A stretch of 64,000 bases of DNA from Gemmatimonadaceae bacterium. GTDB lineage: Bacteria; Gemmatimonadota; Gemmatimonadetes; Gemmatimonadales; Gemmatimonadaceae. Every line of letters starts with the position of its first letter. Within the stretch, counting starts at the first letter, position 1. The stretch lies in the NCBI GenBank assembly GCA_045803545.1, contig JBJMOW010000002.1, positions 1 to 64,000 on the forward strand. The letters are read 5' to 3'. The translations under genes and the position numbers were made by a program. Positions 19,676-29,641 of this stretch are shown here, piece by piece. Under the pieces are notes generated by a model that saw nothing but the letters and a program-made list of their open reading frames with translations, searched no databases and was not told the DNA's origin.

Positions 19676-21025
19676 ATGCTCAGACAAACGCGCTACGCTG
19701 CCGCGGCGATTGCACTGACGACCGCAGTGTACGGATGCAATAATTTTCTCAGCGCCGACAAAGCGGTGTCGAATCCGAATCAACCGACCGTTGCATCGGT
19801 GAATCAACTGTTGGTCGCAATTGAAGCGAATATCTTCGGCCAGCAGGAGGGGCCGGCGGAGATGCTGATTTGCGAATGGGTGCAACAGTGCGCCGGCACC
19901 GCGGGGCGATTCGTGGAAGTGCAGGGTGCGTACACGATCAACAATAACAGCTTCGACGGCTCGTTTAACAGCATTTACACTGCGGGCGGATTGTTGGCGA
20001 TCAAGGACGCGGAGTCGCGAGCTGATGCGATTCCGGACCAGCAGTACAAGGGAGTGCTCGAGGTCCTCGAGGCTTTGAACATGATGTTCGGCGCCGACAA
20101 CTGGGGTGACATCCCGTACCGAGACGCAATTACCAGCAGCACGCCGCAGTTTGATCCGCAGCTGCAGATCTACGATGACTTGCTGGCGCTGCTGGACAAG
20201 GCAGTAACAGATCTCGGTGGCTCAGGAGCCGGTCCCGGCAATTACGACCTCGTCTACAACGGCGACAACACCAAGTGGACGCAGGCAGCGCACATGCTGA
20301 AGGCGCGGATTTACCTGCATCTAGCCGAGGTGAGAGGCGCCTCGCAATACGCGTCGGCGCGCACGGAAGCACAGCTCGGCATCAGCACCCCTGCCAACAA
20401 CTTCAGCGCGGTCCATTCCGAAGCAACGTCGGAGAGGAATATGTGGTTTCAGTTCCAGCTGACGTCGTTTGGTCAGGACCTTGTCGCCGGCGCGCGCCTC
20501 GTTGGGATCATGCAAGGTCAAAATGATCCGCGGTTACCGGATTATTTCGGCAAAAATTCCACCGGCGGATATGGAGGGTATGACGTGGCGACGCAGAAAA
20601 ATGTTGGCGAACCGTCGCCGATTGCCAACTCCGGCCGTAACGCGCCGACTTTCGCGCAACCAATCATCACGTACGACGAGCGAGAGCTGATCATCGCCGA
20701 GACCGCGTTCAAAATGGGCGACGTAGCGACGGCAACTGCTGCGCTCAACACTGTCCGTGCTGAATACGGGAAGGCGCCGATTGCTGTTCCGACTTTGAAC
20801 GACATCATGACGGAGAAGTACATCGCTCTCTTCCAGAACATGGAGTCATGGAACGACTACAAGCGGACCTGTTTGCCTGCTCTGACGCCGGCACTGGGCC
20901 GCACCGTCGTACCCGGTCGCATTCCTTACGGGTACACTGAATTGCAAACGAACCCTAACGCTGAACAGGATCCGGGTGCGACGCTGGTAACTGGTCGTAA
21001 CCCGAACGACCCAAATTCCTGCTGA
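19676..21025 (+). CDS. SusD/RagB family lipoprotein (module 2)
   Basis: Lipobox VYGC; WGDIPY; DLVYNGD..KW; LKARIYLHL; EKYIALF..ESWNDYKRT; PGRIPY. Confidence 0.9.
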   Translation: MLRQTRYAAAAIALTTAVYGCNNFLSADKAVSNPNQPTVASVNQLLVAIEANIFGQQEGPAEMLICEWVQQCAGTAGRFVEVQGAYTINNNSFDGSFNSIYTAGGLLAIKDAESRADAIPDQQYKGVLEVLEALNMMFGADNWGDIPYRDAITSSTPQFDPQLQIYDDLLALLDKAVTDLGGSGAGPGNYDLVYNGDNTKWTQAAHMLKARIYLHLAEVRGASQYASARTEAQLGISTPANNFSAVHSEATSERNMWFQFQLTSFGQDLVAGARLVGIMQGQNDPRLPDYFGKNSTGGYGGYDVATQKNVGEPSPIANSGRNAPTFAQPIITYDERELIIAETAFKMGDVATATAALNTVRAEYGKAPIAVPTLNDIMTEKYIALFQNMESWNDYKRTCLPALTPALGRTVVPGRIPYGYTELQTNPNAEQDPGATLVTGRNPNDPNSC

Positions 21026-21100
21026 TTCGACTACGGTGATTGCGGACAGGGAAGTGATGCACACCGTCGCTTCCCTCTCCGCCACTCGTTCGCGGCTCAA

Positions 21101-21553
21101 ATGAATAACTTCGTCCGAACGACCACCTGTTTTGTTTGCGTCGTATCCCTGAGCAGCTGCTACGGCCTCTACGCGACTGAGGGTGCGCGCCTCACAGGTC
21201 GTGATCTCGAGTTCATGCTGACCGATTCCGGCAGCGTCATGCTGACGCCGCGCGTTGGTGCGGCAGTCCAGGCGGTTGACGGGCGACTGCTTACCGACAC
21301 CGCCGGAGTGTATTCGCTGGCGGTGCAGAGCACACGGCGTCGCGACGGGATCGAGAACGGATGGCGTGGCGAGCTGGTTGAGATACCACATCCATTTGTC
21401 GCCAGCGTCGCGGAGAGAAGATTCTCGCCCGCTCGCACGACGCTTTTTGCAGGTGCGATGACGGCGGCGCTTGTCGCAATCAAAGGCATTTTTGCGGGGT
21501 CTGGAGGGTCGAATTCTCCAGGGGGAGTTCCGGGCGGGCCTAACCCGCGCTGA
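21101..21553 (+). CDS. Small lipoprotein, family X (copy 2)
   Basis: Lipobox LSSC-YG; LTDSG, WRGE, ERRFSPART; C-terminal hydrophobic helix and Gly/Pro tail. Confidence 0.7.
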   Translation: MNNFVRTTTCFVCVVSLSSCYGLYATEGARLTGRDLEFMLTDSGSVMLTPRVGAAVQAVDGRLLTDTAGVYSLAVQSTRRRDGIENGWRGELVEIPHPFVASVAERRFSPARTTLFAGAMTAALVAIKGIFAGSGGSNSPGGVPGGPNPR

Positions 21554-21556
21554 TTT

Positions 21557-21943
21557 TTAGTGAACCACTACGCTCGAGCGCGCGAAATTGTCCTCGAGTT
21601 GCCATGTCACCTCATCTCCTGCCTGAGCGTGCAGCGTCTCCGTCGTGATTCCCATGTGCATTCCCACCGGCTCGCCGACTAGACGATACTCGCGTCCGGC
21701 CCCGAAGACGCGCAGCGGAACGCTGAACTCCGTAGTCGTTGATGCAATCGCGAGTCCGAGGCGATCGCGGCGACTGTCGTGGGCAACATACAGCTCAACA
21801 TCGAGGCGATTGCGGTTGATGACCTTGACTGAGATCGCCTCCGCGTTCGGATCGAGGAGAGGCTCGTCGGTGGGCTGAGCCTGGTGGCAGCCCACCATGA
21901 CCGTCGTGGCGAGGGTAAGGGTCAACCATGAATGGCGCGGCAT
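21557..21943 (-). CDS. Small lipoprotein, family Y (copy 1)
   Basis: Lipobox MVGC; VINRNRLDVELYVAHDSRRDRLG is similar to the 27593 protein; start taken at ATG 21943. Confidence 0.65.
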   Translation of the reverse strand: MPRHSWLTLTLATTVMVGCHQAQPTDEPLLDPNAEAISVKVINRNRLDVELYVAHDSRRDRLGLAIASTTTEFSVPLRVFGAGREYRLVGEPVGMHMGITTETLHAQAGDEVTWQLEDNFARSSVVVH

Positions 21944-22290
21944 TTTCGTCTCTACTCTAAGGTAGTGACGTTGAAGGAAAGTGCACTCAGCACGGCGGCG
22001 TGATGTTGTTCGCCGTCTGATACAAGACACTGCCCGGCGTTTACAATGTATACAGTGATAAAGTCTTTGTTGACTCAGGCACTACACATAGTTTTTATTC
22101 CCAGTTAGTTGTAAAAGCACTTCCGGACTTCCACTGCGCTTCGGCCTCCCGTCCTGCCGAATTACGCCGCCTGGAGGAACCGGCATCGAGCGCGACCATC
22201 ACGTCAAATCCGGATGTGCAACATCCGCCTTCGTGAGAGGGCAACACCGCGCACCATAGTCTGGTGCACACAACAGGAGAAGCCAGCGGT

Positions 22291-25200
22291 ATGAGGAAAT
22301 TGTTTTTGTCCGTCATCGGCTTCGCCGCCCTGACGGCAACGACTGCTTTCGCGCAAGATGGTGCGAGAGTGTCGGGCCGTGTTGTCGGCGAGACGGGAGC
22401 GCCCCTCGTGGGTGCGTCCGTATTTATCCCGGGGATGAGCCTCGGTAGTACCACCGCGGACGATGGAAGCTACAGCTTCGTCGTTCCAGCGAGCAGAGCG
22501 AACGGTCAGACGGCAACGCTGACTGCGCGCATTCTTGGATACACCCCGACGTCGGTGCAGATCGCACTCACGTCAGGCGCGAACATCAATCAGAACTTCA
22601 CCCTTACGGCGAATCCGCTGCACCTCGGCGAAGTCGTCATCACCGGCGCAGGCACGAGTACCACTCGTGAGCGTCTGACGACGACGATCAACTCCGTGGA
22701 CACCGCCGCTCTGCAAAGAGCGTCGCAGCCGCAGAACGTCGTCAGCGCGTTGGCGGGAAAAGCGCCGAACGTCGAAGTTCGCACACAATCGGGTGAGCCC
22801 GGCGCGTCGGCCTCGATCAAGATCCGCGGCAACGCCTCGCTCACCGGCACCAACCAGCCGCTGTTCGTCGTCGACGGCCAGCCGATCGACAATCAGACGA
22901 ACTCGACTGATCAGGGTCCGAACGACTTCACCGGCACGGGTGGAACGGTCTCGCAAAACCGCGCGGCTGACATCAACCCCAACGATATCGAGTCGATTGA
23001 CATCCTGAAGGGATCAGCAGCAGCGGCGATTTACGGCGCCCGCGCCGCGAACGGCGTGGTTCTCATTACGACCAAGCGCGGTCGGCAGGGACCAACGCGC
23101 ATCACGTACAGCTCCACCGAGACGTGGGACCGCGTTGATCCGAAGCACATTCTCCAGCAGCAGTTCGGCCAGGGCACGGCACTCGACGCAGTTGGAAATC
23201 CGTTCGCGGACGGCCCGCACGCAGCGGTTTGCGGTGGCCTCGATTGCGCCCTCGATCGTCGCTCGTGGGGACCGGCTATTGCTGGCGGCACTCCGGTCTT
23301 CAATCACCTCGATGAGATCTTCGACACCGGTATCACCGCCGACAACAATTTGTCGATCTCCGGTGGTAACGATCGCACGACGTTCTATGCATCGGGTGGT
23401 CTCACCGCGCAGAACGGCTACATCGTCGGACCGAACAACAAATACAACCGCGGTAGCGTTCGCCTGAAGGCGTCACACCAGGTGAACTCGAAGTTCAACA
23501 TCGGCGGCAACTTCAATTTCATCGACACGCGCGGTAACTACGTGCAGAAGGGGTCGAACGTCTCGGGTCTGTTCCTCGGTGCGTTGCGCACGCCGCCGAA
23601 CTTCAACAACGAAGATTACCTGACAACGACCGGACTCCAGCGTCCTTACCGCTTCCCGAATCCATCGAGCAGCGATGCATTCATCGGTCGCGCGTACTAC
23701 GACAACCCGTTCTTCGTGCTGAACAGCCCGGGCAACCGCTCGGAATTGGGACGCTCGATTGCCAACATCAATCTGGACTACAATCCGACTGACTGGTTAC
23801 GGGTGCAGTACACCCTCGGTGGCGACTACTACAATGACTGGCGCCTCGAGGCCCTGCCGCTCACTTCCGCGGGGGACGCCAATGGTCGCGTCGTTCGTCT
23901 CGACCTCAACAATCTCGAAATCGACCACAACCTGATTGCGACGGCGAAGTACGACGTCAACCCGAACATTCAGACGACTTTTACCGTCGGTCAAAACCTC
24001 AATTCACGTCGCTTCCGCGACATTTACAACGCCGGTGAGCAGCTGATCGCGCCGTCGCCGCTGTCGCTGAACAACACTGTCTCGGTGCAGGGAACTGAGT
24101 TCCGCACCCTGCGTCACATCGAGTCGTACTTCGGCCAGGCTGAGACGAATCTGTGGGATCAGTTCATCGTCAACGTTGGTCTTCGTAATGACGGGTTCTC
24201 GACATTCGGTGAGTCGAAGCGTCGCAACACATTCCCAAAGGCTTCGGCAGCCTGGATTTTCTCCAAGGCTCTCGGAGATCGAGCTTCAGGGTTGCTCTCG
24301 TTCGGTAAGCTCCGCGTTGCTTACGGAGAGACCGGTAAGGAGCCACCCGTGTACGGCGCCATCACCGCCCTCAGCTCCGCTTCAGTCTTTGGGAGCCCGG
24401 GCTTCGGTGACGTCATCACCTCGAAGTTTGGTAACGGTGGTTTGGTCACCGGACCAGTGCTCGGCAACAACGCACTGCGCCCGGAGCGGACTCGTGAGAA
24501 CGAGTACGGAATCGACCTCGGTCTCTTCGACCAGAAGGCTGATTTCAGCGCGACCTGGTACAACAAGCGCGCGAGCGATGTGATTTTGGCCACGCTTCCG
24601 GTTAACACCTCGGAGACCGGCGCCTTCTTCACAGTCGCTAACGGCGCGTCGCTGACGAACAAAGGTTACGAGCTCGCTCTCAATGCCCGCCCGGTGACAC
24701 TCGCGAACTTTGCGTGGGATCTCGGCGTGCAGTTCGCGCACAACAAGGGTGACGTGACGAGCTTGCTCGGCGCGCAGTTCATCACCTACAACAACGAAGG
24801 CTTTACCGGTGCAATTGGATCGTCGACGCTGGGCTACGCCCCGGGCGTGATTCGCGGTAACGACTTCGCCCGTTGCGGCAACGGTGCCGTCGTGGACGAC
24901 ATCAACGGCAACACCGTCGACGTCGACGCTTATTGCAATTCGGTTGGTGCGAAGAAGGGCGCGTTGTATCTCGATAGCAACGGACAGCCAATCAACGATC
25001 CAACGGATCGCGTGATCGCTGATCCGAATCCGAAGTACACCATGAGCTATACGACTTCGGTCAAAGTGTTCAACAGAATCACGCTCTCCGGCCTGCTCGA
25101 CGTCCGCAAGGGCGGTCAGGTGTGGGATGGAACCCGCGGAATTCTGAACTATTTCGGCACCAGCGCAGAGAGCGGTGAGAAGCGCACGACCACCGATGGC

Positions 25201-25602
25201 CAGTTTGGCGTCAACTACCTCACCGACAAGTACCCGGTTGTGACGGGTCCTGGTAAGGGCACGGTCGCGTTCACCAACTATGCTGACTGGCAGGCGTGGT
25301 ACAACGGCGAGGGTGGCGGGTTCGGTAATACCGGCGCGCTCTTCGTCGAGGACGGATCTTTCGCGAAGCTGCGCGAGATCTCGATCGCGTACACGCTCAG
25401 CGGAAACTTCCTCAAGGCGCTCGGTGGCTTCAGTTCCGCCGACATCCGTCTTTCGGGAAGGAACCTGCACACGTGGACCAAATACAAAGGCCTCGATCCG
25501 GAGGCAAACCTCGGCGGCGCCGAATACCTGACCCAGGGTGTGGACTACTTCAATCACCCGCAGGCCCGGTCGTTCGTGCTGTCGTTCAGCCTCAACCGAT
25601 AA
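22291..25602 (+). CDS. SusC/RagA family TonB-dependent receptor (module 3)
   Basis: RBS aggag; signal AFA-Q; INPNDIESIDILKGSAAAAIYGARAANGVVLITTK; EDGSFAKLRE; closely similar to module 2 SusC. Confidence 0.95.
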   Translation: MRKLFLSVIGFAALTATTAFAQDGARVSGRVVGETGAPLVGASVFIPGMSLGSTTADDGSYSFVVPASRANGQTATLTARILGYTPTSVQIALTSGANINQNFTLTANPLHLGEVVITGAGTSTTRERLTTTINSVDTAALQRASQPQNVVSALAGKAPNVEVRTQSGEPGASASIKIRGNASLTGTNQPLFVVDGQPIDNQTNSTDQGPNDFTGTGGTVSQNRAADINPNDIESIDILKGSAAAAIYGARAANGVVLITTKRGRQGPTRITYSSTETWDRVDPKHILQQQFGQGTALDAVGNPFADGPHAAVCGGLDCALDRRSWGPAIAGGTPVFNHLDEIFDTGITADNNLSISGGNDRTTFYASGGLTAQNGYIVGPNNKYNRGSVRLKASHQVNSKFNIGGNFNFIDTRGNYVQKGSNVSGLFLGALRTPPNFNNEDYLTTTGLQRPYRFPNPSSSDAFIGRAYYDNPFFVLNSPGNRSELGRSIANINLDYNPTDWLRVQYTLGGDYYNDWRLEALPLTSAGDANGRVVRLDLNNLEIDHNLIATAKYDVNPNIQTTFTVGQNLNSRRFRDIYNAGEQLIAPSPLSLNNTVSVQGTEFRTLRHIESYFGQAETNLWDQFIVNVGLRNDGFSTFGESKRRNTFPKASAAWIFSKALGDRASGLLSFGKLRVAYGETGKEPPVYGAITALSSASVFGSPGFGDVITSKFGNGGLVTGPVLGNNALRPERTRENEYGIDLGLFDQKADFSATWYNKRASDVILATLPVNTSETGAFFTVANGASLTNKGYELALNARPVTLANFAWDLGVQFAHNKGDVTSLLGAQFITYNNEGFTGAIGSSTLGYAPGVIRGNDFARCGNGAVVDDINGNTVDVDAYCNSVGAKKGALYLDSNGQPINDPTDRVIADPNPKYTMSYTTSVKVFNRITLSGLLDVRKGGQVWDGTRGILNYFGTSAESGEKRTTTDGQFGVNYLTDKYPVVTGPGKGTVAFTNYADWQAWYNGEGGGFGNTGALFVEDGSFAKLREISIAYTLSGNFLKALGGFSSADIRLSGRNLHTWTKYKGLDPEANLGGAEYLTQGVDYFNHPQARSFVLSFSLNR

Positions 25603-25617
25603 GGCATAGGAGAAATT

Positions 25618-27018
25618 GTGAAGAATATTCAACGCCTCGCCCCCGTTGCAGCGCTCGCGCTGCTCGGGATGGCGGGTTGCAACTTCCTCACTGGGGGCGA
25701 AACCCAGGTGGATCCAAATCGCCCTACGGTCGCGACGAGCCGCCAGTTGTTGATTGGCGTGCAGGCGAACCTGTGGGGTATATGGGGGTCTGATCCTTCG
25801 CGTATTGCCGGAATCTTTGCGCAGCATTTCACCGGCAATCAGTCGCAGTATCAGTCTCAGATCCAGAATTACTCGCTCAACGAGACGGTGACGAACGGAC
25901 TGCAAACCAGCCTCTACGGTGGTGGCGGGCTGGTCGACATTAAGAAGATCGAAGCCGGTGCAGTCGCCGCGGATGACAAGTTCTTCCAGGGCGTAGCACA
26001 GGTGCTCGAAGGAGCGACGATGGGGACGGGGGCCGATTACTTCGGCAACCTCGTGTACAGCAAGGCATTGCAGAACGTGTCGAACGGCATCCAGCCGGCG
26101 AGCGGCGATTTTCCGAATCCGCCACTCGACGATCAGCTGGCTGTTTATGACTCGGTGCAGACAGTTCTCTCTGCAGCGATCGCCAACATCAGCTCCACAA
26201 GAGCCTCCGACGTCGGTCCAAGTGACGCGGATCTGGTGTACGGCGACCGCGCGCCAGCGGCGCAGCGTGCTGCCTGGATTGCAATGGCGCACACGCTGAA
26301 GGCGCGCTTCTACATGCACACCGCAGAAGTTCGTCCGGCAGCATATGCTGCCGCGCTGACTGAAGCGCAGCAGGGTATCAAGAGTGATGCGGGTAATTAC
26401 GTCGGCGCATTCCAGAACGCGTCGGGTCTGCAGAACTTCTGGTATCAGTTCGAGGTGACCGCTGGCCGTACGGGCTACATCACTCCGAATCCGTTCTTCG
26501 AGAACTTCCTGTCGTCTCGTGGCGATCCGCGTCGCACCGAATACTTCAGAACGACAGCATCGGGCGAACGCATCAGCGCTGCGCGGCTGGCTCCGGATTT
26601 CCAGCAGCCGTACGTGACGTATGATGAGAACACGCTTATCTGGGCCGAGGCAGCCTATCGGACCGGCGATCAGGCGACAGCGCTCACGAAGTTGAACGAG
26701 GAGCGCGCGAACCATAATCTCGGACCGGAAGTCGTCGCCGGTCAGGCGTTGCTCAGAGAAATTCTTTCTGAGAAGTACATCGCTGACTTCCAGCTCGGAC
26801 CGGAAGCCTGGAACGATTACAAGCGTACCTGCTTCCCGAACCTGGTGCCGACCGGAACTGGCAAGATCCCCGGGCGCCTGTACTATGACACCAGCGAGCG
26901 TCAGACCAATCCAACGAACATTCCAAATCCGGGGACTAATCCAAATGGTAGCCGGAACGTGAATGATCCACCGAATGCAACTTCAGACGGCGACGGATCG
27001 GCCTGCCTCGGGCAGTAG
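25618..27018 (+). CDS. SusD/RagB family lipoprotein (module 3)
   Basis: GTG start with RBS aggag; lipobox MAGC; DLVYGD; LKARFYMH; EKYIADF..EAWNDYKRT; PGRLYY. Confidence 0.9.
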   Translation: MKNIQRLAPVAALALLGMAGCNFLTGGETQVDPNRPTVATSRQLLIGVQANLWGIWGSDPSRIAGIFAQHFTGNQSQYQSQIQNYSLNETVTNGLQTSLYGGGGLVDIKKIEAGAVAADDKFFQGVAQVLEGATMGTGADYFGNLVYSKALQNVSNGIQPASGDFPNPPLDDQLAVYDSVQTVLSAAIANISSTRASDVGPSDADLVYGDRAPAAQRAAWIAMAHTLKARFYMHTAEVRPAAYAAALTEAQQGIKSDAGNYVGAFQNASGLQNFWYQFEVTAGRTGYITPNPFFENFLSSRGDPRRTEYFRTTASGERISAARLAPDFQQPYVTYDENTLIWAEAAYRTGDQATALTKLNEERANHNLGPEVVAGQALLREILSEKYIADFQLGPEAWNDYKRTCFPNLVPTGTGKIPGRLYYDTSERQTNPTNIPNPGTNPNGSRNVNDPPNATSDGDGSACLGQ

Positions 27019-27048
27019 TTAGCGAAGGAAATTTCGAAGTGATTAACG

Positions 27049-27088
27049 GCGAGCCCGACTGTTTCTGAGTCGGGCTCGTTCACTTTTT
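27049..27088 (+). terminator. Hairpin / possible terminator after susD3
   Basis: gcgagcccgact-gtttctg-agtcgggctcgt followed by tcacttttt. Confidence 0.6.
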
Positions 27089-27099
27089 CGAGTATTGCT

Positions 27100-27540
27100 A
27101 TGAAAAAACTCGTTGTAGTTGCAGCGCTGGGTTTTTGCGGCGCTTGTTATCAGTACGCCTCATTTCAGCCGACGACTTCCACGTTGGGTCAGGCAGTACG
27201 TGTGCAGCTGACAGATGCGGGCACCAGCCACGTTGCCTCTTTGGTGGGGCCCGGAGCCACTTATCTGGACGGCAATCTCTCTACGCTCACCGACTCGTCC
27301 TTCACCATCGCGGTGATGGACCTGGGGCGACTGAATGGAACGGAGGAAAGCTGGAAAGGTGAGCAGGTCACCATCGCCCGAACCGAGGCTTCATCGATTG
27401 AATTGAGAAAAGCCGCACCTGGCAGGAGTGCGGCGCTCACCGCTGCGCTTGTTGGCGGAGCAGCCCTGGTTGCGCGGGCGATCGGTGCAGGTGAGGGGGC
27501 GATCCGGACGAGGGCTGGTGGGGGTTCTAGCGGTCAGTAA
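27100..27540 (+). CDS. Small lipoprotein, family X (copy 3)
   Basis: Lipobox CGAC-YQY; LTDAG, WKGE; C-terminal hydrophobic helix and Gly-rich tail. Confidence 0.7.
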   Translation: MKKLVVVAALGFCGACYQYASFQPTTSTLGQAVRVQLTDAGTSHVASLVGPGATYLDGNLSTLTDSSFTIAVMDLGRLNGTEESWKGEQVTIARTEASSIELRKAAPGRSAALTAALVGGAALVARAIGAGEGAIRTRAGGGSSGQ

Positions 27541-27546
27541 AACAAA

Positions 27547-27570
27547 ACGCCGCGTCATTAGACGCGGCGT
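27547..27570. terminator. Hairpin between convergent genes
   Basis: acgccgcgtc-atta-gacgcggcgt, preceded by an A-rich tract. Confidence 0.6.
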
Positions 27571-27592
27571 ACTTAGTTGTTGCTGGTTGAAC

Positions 27593-28000
27593 TCACCAGA
27601 CTCCGATGCTGGAGTGCTCGAGCTTGCCCTCGATGGTCAGTCTGATGGTGTTGCCAGTTCTGATCGAGATCGGCTCGGTGTTGTAATCGTCGCGTCCGCC
27701 GATGCGATGCAAGCCAAGTCTGATGGTTCCCTCATCTCCGATCAGGTGGGAAGGAATCTCGAAGGTTTGGTCGCGCGCTGCCGCGATCTGGGCGAGTCGG
27801 TGGGTTCGGCCGTCGTGAATCACGAAAAGCACGATATCGGACCAATTGTGGTTCTCGACCTCGAGGACCACGGGACCGGTGACGGCGATTTGGGGTTCGG
27901 CGAGCTGCGGGTTATCGTCGAACCGATGGTGTCGTGCGCAGCCAATCACGAGCAGGCTGACAGCCAGGCAGGCTGAGACGTTGCTTCGGACTGAAAGCAT
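27593..28000 (-). CDS. Small lipoprotein, family Y (copy 2)
   Basis: RBS gggagga; lipobox VIGC; VENHNWSDIVLFVIHDGRTHRLA aligns with the 21557 protein. Confidence 0.65.
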   Translation of the reverse strand: MLSVRSNVSACLAVSLLVIGCARHHRFDDNPQLAEPQIAVTGPVVLEVENHNWSDIVLFVIHDGRTHRLAQIAAARDQTFEIPSHLIGDEGTIRLGLHRIGGRDDYNTEPISIRTGNTIRLTIEGKLEHSSIGVW

Positions 28001-28173
28001 TCTTCCTCCCACGCGTCGCGTCGCGGCGAGATGTCGCGGCGGGATGATCCAATCTGACGCACGGACTGCGCCCCGTCGAGAGCATCCTGGCGGTGCGGAA
28101 TGTAAAAGCGGTGAACGACATTCGGGGTTGGGCGAAGGGTTGCAGTTGCCCGCAGTTAACAGAGGCCGGTAAG

Positions 28174-28202
28174 TTGACTAAACCCTCTGTCTCGCCTAGC
28201 TT
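28174..28202 (+). promoter_or_regulatory. Putative rpsL promoter
   Basis: TTGACT-N17-TAGCTT. Confidence 0.55.
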
Positions 28203-28271
28203 TAGAGGCTGCTCCGTCCGAGGATTGGGCGGAGTTTTTGTTCCCTGGCACCGATCCGTCAACCAGCATTA

Positions 28272-28664
28272 ATGCCGACAATCAATCAGCTCGTCCGCCA
28301 GAGTCGGCGCGACGTTCAGAAGAAAGAAAAAGCGCCAGCACTGAAGTCGAACCCGCAGAAGCGCGGCGTTTGCACTCGCGTTTACACCACCACTCCCAAG
28401 AAGCCGAACTCCGCATTGCGCAAAGTCGCGCGCGTACGTTTGACCAACGGCTTCGAGGTGACCGCCTACATTCCGGGCGAAGGCCACAACCTGCAGGAGC
28501 ACTCGATCGTGCTCATTCGTGGTGGCCGTGTGAAAGACCTGCCCGGTGTGCGCTATCACATCGTTCGCGGTTCGCTCGATGCGTCGGGCGTAAACGGCCG
28601 CAACAAGAGCCGAAGCAAGTACGGAACTAAGAAACCGAAGGCTGGTGGCGGAGGCAAGAAATGA
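28272..28664 (+). CDS. rpsL: 30S ribosomal protein uS12
   Basis: [34 protein letters not shown]. Confidence 0.99.
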   Translation: MPTINQLVRQSRRDVQKKEKAPALKSNPQKRGVCTRVYTTTPKKPNSALRKVARVRLTNGFEVTAYIPGEGHNLQEHSIVLIRGGRVKDLPGVRYHIVRGSLDASGVNGRNKSRSKYGTKKPKAGGGGKK

Positions 28665-29131
28665 GTCGGCGTAAGAAAGCAATCAAGCGTCCCATTCTTC
28701 CCGACGCGCGTTACGATAGCCAGACCGTCTCGAAGTTCATCAACGCTCTGATGTACCAGGGGAAGAAGTCGACTGCCGAGCGCCTCTTCTATGGCGCGAT
28801 GGACATCGTCGAGAACAAAACCAGCCAGCCTGGCGTGACGATCTTCAAGCAGGCTCTGACCAACCTGAAGCCCGCTGTCGAAGTAAAGAGCAGGCGCGTT
28901 GGTGGTGCAACCTATCAGGTGCCGGTCGAAGTTCGTCCCGACCGTCGCACTGCGTTGGCGATGCGCTGGCTGATCATCTACTCACGTGGTCGCAACGAGA
29001 AATCGATGTCGGAGAAGCTCGCTGCCGAAGTCATTGCCGCCAGCAAAGGCGAAGGCAACGCGGTCAAGAAGAAGGAAGACACGCACAAGATGGCGGAAGC
29101 GAACAAGGCCTTCGCACACTATCGGTGGTAG
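28661..29131 (+). CDS. rpsG: 30S ribosomal protein uS7
   Basis: [30 protein letters not shown]. Confidence 0.99.
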   Translation: MSRRKKAIKRPILPDARYDSQTVSKFINALMYQGKKSTAERLFYGAMDIVENKTSQPGVTIFKQALTNLKPAVEVKSRRVGGATYQVPVEVRPDRRTALAMRWLIIYSRGRNEKSMSEKLAAEVIAASKGEGNAVKKKEDTHKMAEANKAFAHYRW

Positions 29132-29148
29132 TCGTCGGCTGAACGAAG

Positions 29149-29178
29149 AAAGCCCCGCTCACGCGGGGCTTTTTTTTT
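29149..29178. terminator. Rho-independent terminator after rpsG
   Basis: aaagccccgc-tcac-gcggggc followed by a run of 9 T. Confidence 0.9.
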
Positions 29179-29184
29179 AAGAGC

Positions 29185-29514
29185 TCAATGTGGAGTCGGT
29201 TTTCGCGCCCGATCTCCTTTGCGCCGCTCCGTCACCTCGCGCGCTTTGCGCCGCCGCTCGGCGGTCGTTGCAACTACTGCTAAGGCCAGCTCGATCAGAC
29301 CGTAGGTCGCCGCCACCAGCGATAGAAGCGCTACGACGGCCATAATGCGCGTCATTCCGGTCGACCACGTCGCCCTGATTACCTCGTACGTGGAATAGAA
29401 CACAACGATCGCGGAGACAATCGCGATGATTGCCGCCTTCTGGATCGACATCCCACGATCGATGGGAGGATTGATTTCGTGCGGCTGCTCAACAGTAGCC
29501 GTAGGCTCAGTCAT
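29185..29514 (-). CDS. Small hypothetical membrane protein (2 TM)
   Basis: Two hydrophobic helices and a basic C-terminal tail; start uncertain. Confidence 0.55.
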   Translation of the reverse strand: MTEPTATVEQPHEINPPIDRGMSIQKAAIIAIVSAIVVFYSTYEVIRATWSTGMTRIMAVVALLSLVAATYGLIELALAVVATTAERRRKAREVTERRKGDRARKPTPH

Positions 29515-29641
29515 CACTAATTCCGGTTGCAGTTCGGTCGTTGCCACCAAACTTAGAGCATCATGCTTCGTGCCGTCGTGCACTGCAAGGTATGGCCTGC
29601 CACTGCGCTGACGCCTCGAATCAAGAGCGTATATTCCGAAG

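Noticed and set aside
24382..26715. 777-aa minus-strand ORF
   Set aside because: Antisense to susC3/susD3, which happen to be in the same frame; shadow-type composition and no domain signal
28272..28664. Possible streptomycin-resistance substitutions in rpsL
   Set aside because: The PKKPNS and RVKDLPG motifs are canonical
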